35,594 nucleotides of DNA. Origin: Phycisphaerales bacterium. Lineage in GTDB: Bacteria; Planctomycetota; Phycisphaerae; WQYP01. The stretch's first letter is position 1. Each line of letters starts with the position of its first letter. The translations under genes were made by a program, and so were the position numbers. Below, one piece after another: positions 17,172-25,564 of the stretch. The DNA lies in contig DAHXLH010000215.1 in assembly GCA_027366115.1 (NCBI GenBank), positions 1-35,594 on the forward strand. Direction: 5' to 3'. A model generated the notes under the pieces. It made no database searches, was not told where the DNA came from, and saw only the letters and a list, made by a program, of their open reading frames with translations.

Positions 17172-18715
17172 TGAGCCATATGATTACCGCGAAAAAACGC
17201 AAGTTATCGGTGTCTCCTGCCAAGCGCAAACGTGAGAAAGCATCTCGCGGTAAAGTGAAGCGTCATAGCTTCGTTGTTCCGGTTGGGAAAAAGTCATCCC
17301 ATCGCAAAAATCCCCCGGTTGTGGTGAAGGTGGCCCCGGTATTGCCGCCAGAAAATAAAGCTTACGCCAAAGCCATCGATTTTCTCATGAGCCACACCGA
17401 CTACGAGCGCATGCGTGTGGTCCGATATAACACCACGACATTTAACCTTGATCGCATGAGGCAATTTCTTGAGGCACTGGGTAATCCACAGCAGGCGTAC
17501 AAGACCGTCCACATCGCCGGAACCAAAGGAAAGGGCAGCACCTGCCACATGGTTGCTGCAATGTTGCGCAGTGCCGGCTTCAAAGTTGGTTTATATACCA
17601 GCCCTCACTTGTTGAATTTGCGTGAGCGGATATGCGTCAATGGGCAGCATATCAGCGAGGATCAATTCGTAGCGCTGATGAAGCGCGTCGAGTTGGCGGT
17701 TAAAAAGCTGGGATCCAATAAGCCGACATTCTTTGAAATTCTCACGGCTATGGGTTTTGCGCATTTTGCTGATGAACACGTAGATATTGCGGTGATTGAA
17801 ACCGGCCTGGGCGGACGCTTGGATTCCACCAATGTGATCACTCCGGAAGTCACGGCAATTACCCATATAAGTTACGATCACATGGCGGTGTTGGGAAATT
17901 CCTTAACTAAAATTGCTGAAGAAAAAGCGGGAATTTTCAAGAAAGATGTGCCAGCTCTTTCCTGCCTTCAGGAGCCGGAAGTCGCAGCCACACTTAGCCG
18001 CGTTGCCCAACAGGTGCATGCGCCGCTGGAATTTGTCGGAACGGATATTGAATTCAGCCATCGCTTTGAAGTTACACGCCCCGTAGGCCCGCATGTGCGC
18101 GTATCTTTAACCACTGTGCGGTCGCATTTTGAGCATTTGACCGTGCCCTTAATTGGGGAGCATCAGGCCGTCAACTGCGGTTTGGCGCTGGCCATACTGG
18201 ATAAACTCAAGGCCCGCGGACTGCAGTTCAGCGACGCCAAGGCCGTGGCCGGACTCCAGGATGTCGATTTGCCGGGCCGCATCGAAACGGTTTGGCATGA
18301 TCCGCGCGTGATTATAGATGGCGCACACAATGCCGCGTCGGTTAAAGCGTTATTCCGCGGAATCAGCCAATATATTCCCTATGACAGCATGGTTGTTATC
18401 TTTGGCTGCAATTGTGATAAAGACATTGACGGCATGTTGGAGCAGGTATCGCTGGGGGCTGATAAAGTTATTTTCACGCGGTCGCACAACAATCCTAAAA
18501 GTGCCAGCCCCGACGAGCTTTCCGCCCGTTACGTTGATCGCTTTGGAAAAATGGCCCAGGCGGCGGAAACCTTTGCCGATGCCATGGACATTGCCGCCCG
18601 CGCTATTTCCCGTGAGGACCTGGTCGCGGTAACCGGTTCGTTTTATCTTATCGGAGAAGCGAAACGCCTTTTCATGGGCCGCACCGCCTCAAACAATCGC
18701 AGCACGGCGTTATAA
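17171..18715 (+). CDS. folC: Bifunctional folylpolyglutamate synthase / dihydrofolate synthase
   Basis: Mur-ligase P-loop HIAGTKGKGST, plus VIETGLGGRLDSTNV, GEHQAVNCGLA and IIDGAHNAASVKAL. The ORF opens at TTG 17171 and the first ATG is at 17180. About 60 Lys/Arg-rich residues precede the recognisable FolC N-terminus (AYAKAIDFL). Confidence 0.9.
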   Translation: MSHMITAKKRKLSVSPAKRKREKASRGKVKRHSFVVPVGKKSSHRKNPPVVVKVAPVLPPENKAYAKAIDFLMSHTDYERMRVVRYNTTTFNLDRMRQFLEALGNPQQAYKTVHIAGTKGKGSTCHMVAAMLRSAGFKVGLYTSPHLLNLRERICVNGQHISEDQFVALMKRVELAVKKLGSNKPTFFEILTAMGFAHFADEHVDIAVIETGLGGRLDSTNVITPEVTAITHISYDHMAVLGNSLTKIAEEKAGIFKKDVPALSCLQEPEVAATLSRVAQQVHAPLEFVGTDIEFSHRFEVTRPVGPHVRVSLTTVRSHFEHLTVPLIGEHQAVNCGLALAILDKLKARGLQFSDAKAVAGLQDVDLPGRIETVWHDPRVIIDGAHNAASVKALFRGISQYIPYDSMVVIFGCNCDKDIDGMLEQVSLGADKVIFTRSHNNPKSASPDELSARYVDRFGKMAQAAETFADAMDIAARAISREDLVAVTGSFYLIGEAKRLFMGRTASNNRSTAL

Positions 18716-18802
18716 GGTCTCTGATTGTTTGCAGCAGTTCGCCGCCATGGCCCGCCTCATTTCAATTATGGATTACCTCCGGTTCACTGCTACAATACAG
18801 GA

Positions 18803-20230
18803 ATGACAGCACCCCGAAAGCCATATTATCTCTGCGGAAAGCCTGAATTCCGCGACACCGCGCGCACGGTTAAATCTCTGCACGACGGCAGCGTTCTGGC
18901 GGAAGTAGCGTCTGCGGATGCCGCGGCAATTCAGCACGCCCTTGCCGCCATGACTGATGTCATGCCGAAATTGCGAAAACTTAGCGCCATACAGCGGCGA
19001 AAAAACTGTGAGGTTGTTTATACCGGTTTACTCGATCGGGCCGAAGAATTTTCCAGGCTCATCGCCCAAGAAGCCGGTAAACCCATTAAGACCGCCCGGG
19101 CGGAAGTGGCCAGAGCGCTGACAACTTTCCGCCTGGCCATGGAGGAATCAACGCGCATCAGCGGCGTGCAGCTACCCGTGGATATTGATGAGCGTTCCGA
19201 GGGATATTACTGCGTGGTTGAACGAGTAGCGGCGGGGCCGGCGGTATTTATTACTCCGTTTAATTTTCCTTTAAATCTTGTAGCCCATAAAGTGGCACCG
19301 GCGCTGGCCTGTGGTTGTCCCTTTTTATTAAAGCCCTCTGATCGTACCCCGCTGACGGCGTTGCTGCTGGGCGAACTGCTGAAGTCGGCGGATTTGCCGC
19401 ATGGCTCGTGGAGTATTCTGCCGTGCGACGTGCAGCATGTGTCGGCCATGGTTCAAGATCCGCGCGTGCGAATTGTATCATTTACTGGATCCGTCAAAGT
19501 CGGCTGGGAATTGCAGAGCAAGGCAGTTGGCAAGCGCATTCTGCTGGAACTGGGATCCAATAGCGCTGTGGTCGTTGAGCCGGAGGTGGATATCACCGAG
19601 GCGGTTTCCCGCATTGTGCCGGCGGCATTTGGATATGCGGGGCAAAGCTGCATCAGCGTGCAGAGAATATTTTTGCATCAACGCATTGCAACCCAGGCCA
19701 CTCAACAACTCGTTGAGAAAACCTCTGCCCTGTGCGTTGGTGCGCCGCTGAATGAAAGCACCGATGTTTCCTGCATGATCGACCAGGCCGCCGCCGAGCG
19801 TGTAGATCAGTGGATGCGGCAGGCGGTGGATGGGGGCGCAAAAGTATTATGCGGCGGCCGTCGCGACGGAGCCTATTACCTGCCGACACTTTTAACCCAC
19901 GTGCCGCCCAATGCCCATCTGGCCTGCGAAGAAGCGTTCGCCCCCGTGGCGATTATAGAAGAATATGACGATTTTTCGCAGGTACTGACAAAAGTGAATC
20001 AATCCTCACTGGGGATTCATGTGGGAATATTTACCCGAGATTTATTCAAGGCCCGGCAAGCGTTTGAAACACTGGAGGTCGGGGGCGTGATTATAAATGA
20101 CGTGCCGACGGTACGTATTGATGCCATGCCGTACGGGGGTGTCAAGCAATCCGGACTGGGTCGCGAAGGAGTGCGTTTTGCCATTGAGGAATTTTGCGAG
20201 CTTAAGACCCTGCTGGTACGCTACGCATAA
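18803..20230 (+). CDS. NAD(P)-dependent aldehyde dehydrogenase family protein
   Basis: ALDH motifs are present: FITPFNFPLNL, SFTGSVKVG, the catalytic Glu region LELGSNSAVVV, the catalytic Cys region GYAGQSCISVQRIF, and EEAFAPV. The ORF is open from TTG 18725, but the ALDH alignment begins near ATG 18803 (MTAPRKPYYLCGKPEF). Confidence 0.88.
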   Translation: MTAPRKPYYLCGKPEFRDTARTVKSLHDGSVLAEVASADAAAIQHALAAMTDVMPKLRKLSAIQRRKNCEVVYTGLLDRAEEFSRLIAQEAGKPIKTARAEVARALTTFRLAMEESTRISGVQLPVDIDERSEGYYCVVERVAAGPAVFITPFNFPLNLVAHKVAPALACGCPFLLKPSDRTPLTALLLGELLKSADLPHGSWSILPCDVQHVSAMVQDPRVRIVSFTGSVKVGWELQSKAVGKRILLELGSNSAVVVEPEVDITEAVSRIVPAAFGYAGQSCISVQRIFLHQRIATQATQQLVEKTSALCVGAPLNESTDVSCMIDQAAAERVDQWMRQAVDGGAKVLCGGRRDGAYYLPTLLTHVPPNAHLACEEAFAPVAIIEEYDDFSQVLTKVNQSSLGIHVGIFTRDLFKARQAFETLEVGGVIINDVPTVRIDAMPYGGVKQSGLGREGVRFAIEEFCELKTLLVRYA

Positions 20231-20367
20231 GCCGCAGTGCTCATGCGACACGCGGCGGCAAACCTGCTATAACTTCCGCACGGGAAAAGCTCGCCGTTGA
20301 AATACGGCGGGAAACGATGCGCCGTGCCGCGACGGCTTTGAGTTGACAAGTTGGTACAGGAAACATC

Positions 20368-21459
20368 ATGGAAGTTGGAATTGTCGGATTGCCAAACGTC
20401 GGAAAATCGACGTTGTTTAATGCTTTAACCAATGCCGGCGCTCTGGCCGCCAATTATCCGTTTGCCACCATTGAACCCAATGTGGGGGTCGTCGCGGTGC
20501 CGGATCGGCGACTGGAACAAATCCGGCAGCTTATCGAAACGGAGAAAACGGTACCCGCGCTTCTGAAGGTTGTGGATATTGCGGGTCTGGTGAAGGGGGC
20601 CAGCACCGGAGAAGGATTGGGTAATAAATTTCTTTCGCATATTCGGGAAGTGGACGCCATCCTGCATGTTGTGCGCTGTTTTTCTGATGGCGATGTCATG
20701 CACGTGGATGGAAAAGTTGATCCGCAGCGCGACATTGAAACCGTGGAAACCGAGCTGATGCTGGCGGACTTGGAAAGCCTTGAAAAAACCGTTGATAAGC
20801 AGCGCCGCAACGCCCGCGCCGGTGATAAAGAAGCTGTCGCATCTGTGGAGGTTATCGAAAAACTCGTTGAGGCGCTTAAACTTGGTAAGCCTTTAAGATC
20901 GCTGGCTCCGTGGAAACCCGACGACTGGAAAATTATCCATAATCTCGGCCCGATTACCGCCAAGCGGGTGTTGTATATTGCCAATGTGGATGAATCTGAT
21001 CCACACGGCCAGGGGCCGCTGGTGCAAGTGGTGCGCCGCCGGGCGGAATCTGAAGGCTCCGTCGTGGTGCCGGTATGCGCTAAACTGGAAGCGGAACTCG
21101 CCGAACTTACCGCGGAAGATCGCGCCGCCATGCTCGCTGATTTAGGCATGACGGAACCCGCCTTGGAGACCGTCGCCCATGAGGCCTACAAACTCCTGGG
21201 CTTGCAAAGCTATTTCACCGCCGGCCCCAAGGAAATCCGAGCGTGGACGATTCCCATTGGAGCCACCGCTCCCCAAGCGGCCGGCGTGATTCACAGCGAC
21301 TTTGAAAAAGGTTTTATCCGGGCGGAAATTTACAACATCACCGATTTACTGACCCATAAAAATGAAGCCGCCATTCGCGCCGCCGGCAAGCTTCGATCAG
21401 AAGGAAAAACCTACATTTTCCAGGATGGCGATATCGCCCATTTTCTCTTTAACTCCTGA
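20368..21459 (+). CDS. ychF: Redox-regulated ATPase YchF (Obg-family)
   Basis: The N-terminus [21 protein letters not shown], the [10 protein letters not shown] motif, and a C-terminal TGS-like domain ending IAHFLFN match YchF. The length of 363 aa is typical. Confidence 0.95.
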   Translation: MEVGIVGLPNVGKSTLFNALTNAGALAANYPFATIEPNVGVVAVPDRRLEQIRQLIETEKTVPALLKVVDIAGLVKGASTGEGLGNKFLSHIREVDAILHVVRCFSDGDVMHVDGKVDPQRDIETVETELMLADLESLEKTVDKQRRNARAGDKEAVASVEVIEKLVEALKLGKPLRSLAPWKPDDWKIIHNLGPITAKRVLYIANVDESDPHGQGPLVQVVRRRAESEGSVVVPVCAKLEAELAELTAEDRAAMLADLGMTEPALETVAHEAYKLLGLQSYFTAGPKEIRAWTIPIGATAPQAAGVIHSDFEKGFIRAEIYNITDLLTHKNEAAIRAAGKLRSEGKTYIFQDGDIAHFLFNS

Positions 21460-21654
21460 AGTCAAGACATGACCGCTTGCGGCCGCCCTGATCAGGTATG
21501 GCCGGGATTATCGGTTACGTAAAATCCGTGCATCGGGCAATTGAATTATCGCCGGAGCGTTGGCACAATAGAGCATTCAGACGCGAATGGATTGTTCTGA
21601 ATTAATACCACGGATGGACCGCCGGGAGATTGTGGGCGAAACGCTTCCACCTTT

Positions 21655-23664
21655 GTGAAGCGTAAAGTGAATCGGAAGGTTATTGGCTTTATGCGAACGG
21701 CGATTGTTTTTCGGCGTATGAAGCTGCCCGTTCCGAAGGTGGAAACGGTTTTCTGGGGCATGCTTCTGATTCTGGCGGTTATCGCTCTGGGAATATTGGT
21801 CATTCGTCAGGATGCACGCACGTTGGCGGCACAGCAGCGCGAACGCCATGCGGACGCAATTATTGAATCCGCGGATTCCATTCTTATCGGCTTACAGAAT
21901 ATTGAAACCGGCCAACGCGGATACGTGATTACCGGAAATTTGAGCTATCTGGAGCCTTACCATCGCGGCAGTGTCTCTATTGACCAGCGCATCCGGCGGC
22001 TTGGCCGGCTTTTACCGGCAACTCCCGCCAACGCCAACCTGATTGCGACGATGCGAACTTTGGCGGCCCGGAAAATTGCGGAAATTGATCAGACAATTCA
22101 TGTTCGCACTAAGCATGGCTTCAGCGCTGCCGCCAATATCGTGCGTACCAATGTGGGTAAGCAATTGATGGATATGCTGCGCGCCGAGCTTTCCAGCACC
22201 AGAAACCAATATCATCGTGCGGCGGTTTATGAGCACGTGCTCGTAGAGCGTCGATTACGAATGACCCAGATCGCGGCAGGGGGCTTCATCGTTGCCCTGC
22301 TGGTGACATTGTTGGGAATGTATTGGCGTGTTGTCCGCGTCGTACGCCGCAGTAAAAAAATGACGGATCATCTCGCCCACAACGCCCACAACGACCCTTT
22401 AACGACTTTGCCCAACCGCGGCATGTTTATGAATTGGCTAACCTATGGATTGGCGCAGGCCCAGCGGGTAGATGGTAAGGCAGCCGTGCTGTTTTTAGAT
22501 CTTGACGGCTTCAAGCCGGTGAATGACCGCCTGGGGCATTCTGCCGGAGATCATGTGCTGTGCGAAGTAGCACAACGCTTCAAGCAAAGCGCCCGCACCG
22601 GTGACATGATCGCGCGCATCGGCGGCGATGAATTTGCCGTTTTCATTCCCGCGGTTTCTAATGAAAGTGATCCTGTGGAATTGGCGCACCGCCTGATCGA
22701 AGCTATGCGGCAACCCATTGTGGCCGATGGTTCCGTGGTGTATGTCGGCGTGAGCATCGGTGCGGCGATGTATCCGCGCAATGGAAAATCCCCGGAAGCC
22801 CTGCTGGAGGCCGCGGATCAGGCCATGTACCGTGCCAAGCGGGAAGGGGGGCGTAAACTGGCTTTCCACAATTCGGCACTGACCGACCAGATTACGCGCG
22901 AGGCACGCCTGCGGGGTGGGTTGCAACACGCCCTGCAGGCCAAAGAATTTGAGTTTCATTATCAACCATTACTGGACGCGCAAACGCTTAAGCCTGTGGC
23001 TGTGGAAGCCCTGTTGCGATGGCGGCATCCGGAATTGGGGCTGCTGGTCCCCGCTGAATTTCTCCCCGTTGCGGAACGCAGCGGATTTATGCGAAAGCTT
23101 GGACCGGTGCTGCTGCAAAATGCCGGAGAACAAATGGCTCATTGGCGGCGGCAAGGAATACATTTGCGCTTGGCGTTTAATGTTTCCCCATTTCAGTGTT
23201 CCGATCAGAATCTCATATCGGCTGTGGAAAGTATGTTGGTTTCCAGCGGTATGGAACCACAAAATCTTTATCTTGAAATCACTGAAACCGGCCTCCTCCA
23301 AGCCGATGCCCAGCCGATTCTGCGGAATATAAGGAAAATGGGTGTCGGATTGACCCTTGATGATTTCGTCGGCGGCAGCGGGGGGCTGGCGTGTTTGCGC
23401 CAACTGCTTATTAGTCAAGTCAAATTTGATCGCCGATTTATTACGGGTTTGCCGCACTCTACCGCCGATATGGATTTGCTCTCGGGCCTTACTGACCTCA
23501 CCCATCGCCTTGGTATACAAGTCACCGCCGGCGGTGTGGAAACACAGGATCAGGATGTAGTTGTCCGCCGATTGGGTTGCGATCTGGTCCAGGGAAACCT
23601 TTACGCCGGTGCCGGCAGTCCTGAGGATGTGACAAATCTGCTCCATCAGTGGAAGGCTGCATAA
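21655..23664 (+). CDS. Membrane sensor with CHASE3-like, GGDEF and EAL domains (c-di-GMP turnover or signalling)
   Basis: A TM helix is followed by a CHASE3-like region (LIGLQNIETGQRGYVITGNLSYLEPYHRG) and a second TM helix. The GGDEF domain has an intact RIGGDEFAV and an RxxD I-site (RTGD) five residues upstream. The EAL domain contains EALLRW, NVSP, LEITET and VQGNLY. The start is uncertain: GTG 21655 or ATG 21691. Confidence 0.9.
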   Translation: MKRKVNRKVIGFMRTAIVFRRMKLPVPKVETVFWGMLLILAVIALGILVIRQDARTLAAQQRERHADAIIESADSILIGLQNIETGQRGYVITGNLSYLEPYHRGSVSIDQRIRRLGRLLPATPANANLIATMRTLAARKIAEIDQTIHVRTKHGFSAAANIVRTNVGKQLMDMLRAELSSTRNQYHRAAVYEHVLVERRLRMTQIAAGGFIVALLVTLLGMYWRVVRVVRRSKKMTDHLAHNAHNDPLTTLPNRGMFMNWLTYGLAQAQRVDGKAAVLFLDLDGFKPVNDRLGHSAGDHVLCEVAQRFKQSARTGDMIARIGGDEFAVFIPAVSNESDPVELAHRLIEAMRQPIVADGSVVYVGVSIGAAMYPRNGKSPEALLEAADQAMYRAKREGGRKLAFHNSALTDQITREARLRGGLQHALQAKEFEFHYQPLLDAQTLKPVAVEALLRWRHPELGLLVPAEFLPVAERSGFMRKLGPVLLQNAGEQMAHWRRQGIHLRLAFNVSPFQCSDQNLISAVESMLVSSGMEPQNLYLEITETGLLQADAQPILRNIRKMGVGLTLDDFVGGSGGLACLRQLLISQVKFDRRFITGLPHSTADMDLLSGLTDLTHRLGIQVTAGGVETQDQDVVVRRLGCDLVQGNLYAGAGSPEDVTNLLHQWKAA

Positions 23665-23780
23665 ACTTCAACTCTGCTCTGTGCATCCGCGCCGGCCTGC
23701 GGTAAACTAAATGGATGAATATTCCAGCGGACGGCGATCTGGCAATGCCGCGCTGACAGGCGTGGTAGTCATAGGAATCA

Positions 23781-24674
23781 ATGATCTTGGAAAAAATGGA
23801 AAAACAATCAGGCTGCATCGGCGATGCTACCAGCCCTATTGGCGTTTTTGATTCGGGGCTTGGTGGCCTGACCGTTGTACAGGCATTGCACCGGCATTTA
23901 CCCGCTGAATCCTTGATTTATTTTGGTGATTCGGCCCGGTTGCCTTATGGCACAAAATCTCCCCGCACCGTGCTGCAATTTGCCCGCCAATGTCTGCGGT
24001 TTCTCATGCAGATGAATCCTAAGCTTCTGGTTGTTGCCTGTAACACCGTTAGCGCCACCGCCCTGCCCGAGCTGCAAAATGAATTTTCCGTACCCGTTAT
24101 CGGCGTACTGGAGCCGGGGGCCGAAGCGGCGGTGCGCCTTGCACGAAAGCAGCGGCCCACCGGTGACTGCGCCATAGGCCTGCTAGCCACGGAAGCCACG
24201 ATTGCCAGTAGAGCGTATGTGATGGCGGTCAGTCGGCGAGATTCAGCCCTGCATCTGGTCGGGCGGGCCTGTCCGTTGCTGGTGCCCATGATTGAGGAGG
24301 GCCGTGCGGAAGACAGCCCCGTGGTGCAGGCGGTGCTGGCGGAATATCTGGCACCTCTGAAATCATTAAATCCGCCGGCGTTGATCCTTGGTTGCACACA
24401 TTATCCCATTTATGCCAAAACGATCAGCCGTCTGATTGGGCATTTGACAACGTTGGTTGATTCAGCAGACCAGACTGCCTTGGTCGTTCGGGAAAAGCTT
24501 CATACAATGGGCGCACTGCATCCCGGTGCGCCCGATGGCAGTAACCTGACTTGTTATGTGACAGATCAGGGCCAGAGATTTGAAAGCCTGGCCAATCGGT
24601 TTCTGGGAAGGTCGATTGCCCAGCCGGTATGGGTGGACCCTGAAATGCTTGAAACGGCGGTAACGGAAAAATGA
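23781..24674 (+). CDS. murI: Glutamate racemase
   Basis: IGVFDSGLGGLTV, the first catalytic Cys motif VVACNTVSA and the second catalytic Cys motif LGCTHYP are present. Confidence 0.93.
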   Translation: MILEKMEKQSGCIGDATSPIGVFDSGLGGLTVVQALHRHLPAESLIYFGDSARLPYGTKSPRTVLQFARQCLRFLMQMNPKLLVVACNTVSATALPELQNEFSVPVIGVLEPGAEAAVRLARKQRPTGDCAIGLLATEATIASRAYVMAVSRRDSALHLVGRACPLLVPMIEEGRAEDSPVVQAVLAEYLAPLKSLNPPALILGCTHYPIYAKTISRLIGHLTTLVDSADQTALVVREKLHTMGALHPGAPDGSNLTCYVTDQGQRFESLANRFLGRSIAQPVWVDPEMLETAVTEK

Positions 24675-25402
24675 TCAGCCACTATCGAAAAGTAGTTCGC
24701 GTTTCGTATCGCTTATGTGTCATCGGCGGCATTGTTGCCGCCGTCGCGACGTTGCCGATGCTGCTGGCAGGCTGCTCCTCCGGCAATAACGATCCGCAAA
24801 ATTTTAATTCTCTGGTGCAGAACTGGATGAAGCGTATGCAGGGGGGCCATTCCGTCGTTACGCAAGCCCGAAATCTCTTTGCCACTGAAAATCCCGACAC
24901 CCAGCGTGCCGCGATTGCCTGGATGTCCCGGCAGAAATGGGGCCATGAAAAACCATATATGGATGCCTATCGCCTGGCGGAAAATTCCCCCTCACCGCTG
25001 GTGCGTGGGCAGGCGTTGCTGGCATTAGGTACTTCCGGGCAGCCCTCGGTAGCACCTGATTTGCAACGCGGTTTGACTGATCCTTCGCAGTTTGTGCGTC
25101 TGTGCGCAGTCATGGCGGCCACGTATGTACACAATCCGATATTGATCCCGGATTTGATTACCCGGCTACATCATGATTCTAATGCGCAGGTGCGCATTTA
25201 CGCCGCTGAAGCCCTCAAGCCCTACAAAACGCGATTGGTTATTGAAACCCTCATTAACGCGCTTGATGACAGCAACGTCGCAATCGTTCAGGCCGCCTGG
25301 GATGATCTGACCTTTCAAACCGGCCAGAAATTTCCCCAACACTCCGGCCCCTGGCAACTATGGCTGCAAGCCCACCGGCAAGAATTCCGAGCCACCGGGT
25401 AA
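24671..25402 (+). CDS. HEAT-repeat lipoprotein
   Basis: The signal peptide has a lipobox (LLAGCSSG). Repeated HEAT/PBS-lyase-like units follow (VRGQALLALG, FVRLCAVMAA, AQVRIYAAEAL, VAIVQAAWDDL). Its ATG overlaps the murI stop (ATGA, 24671-24674). Confidence 0.7.
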   Translation: MISHYRKVVRVSYRLCVIGGIVAAVATLPMLLAGCSSGNNDPQNFNSLVQNWMKRMQGGHSVVTQARNLFATENPDTQRAAIAWMSRQKWGHEKPYMDAYRLAENSPSPLVRGQALLALGTSGQPSVAPDLQRGLTDPSQFVRLCAVMAATYVHNPILIPDLITRLHHDSNAQVRIYAAEALKPYKTRLVIETLINALDDSNVAIVQAAWDDLTFQTGQKFPQHSGPWQLWLQAHRQEFRATG

Positions 25403-25564
25403 TTGCCGCGCAGATGCGTCAATATTTCCTGACATCCCGTCGTGCGGAGCCATCGCGGCCCGTCCTTCGGACAAATGCCCGGGCTACATTTCAAACCCAA
25501 TTGTCCCAGCCATTACTGCCGCGTGCCCGCAGCTTTCATAGAAATATCCTTGCTATACCGACCA

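Noticed and set aside
18725-18802. N-terminal extensions created by upstream TTG/GTG codons, seen here and at 5069, 27565 and 28847
   Set aside because: In each case an internal ATG with a Shine-Dalgarno-like sequence, or the onset of family homology, fits better. The extensions are probably artefacts of longest-ORF calling.
20454-21149. 231-aa minus-strand ORF, Ser/Thr/Ala-rich
   Set aside because: It is antisense to ychF, whose frame carries unmistakable GTPase motifs. The low-complexity translation is typical of an antisense frame.
22969-23646. 225-aa minus-strand ORF
   Set aside because: It is antisense to the EAL domain of the GGDEF-EAL gene and no motifs were recognised.
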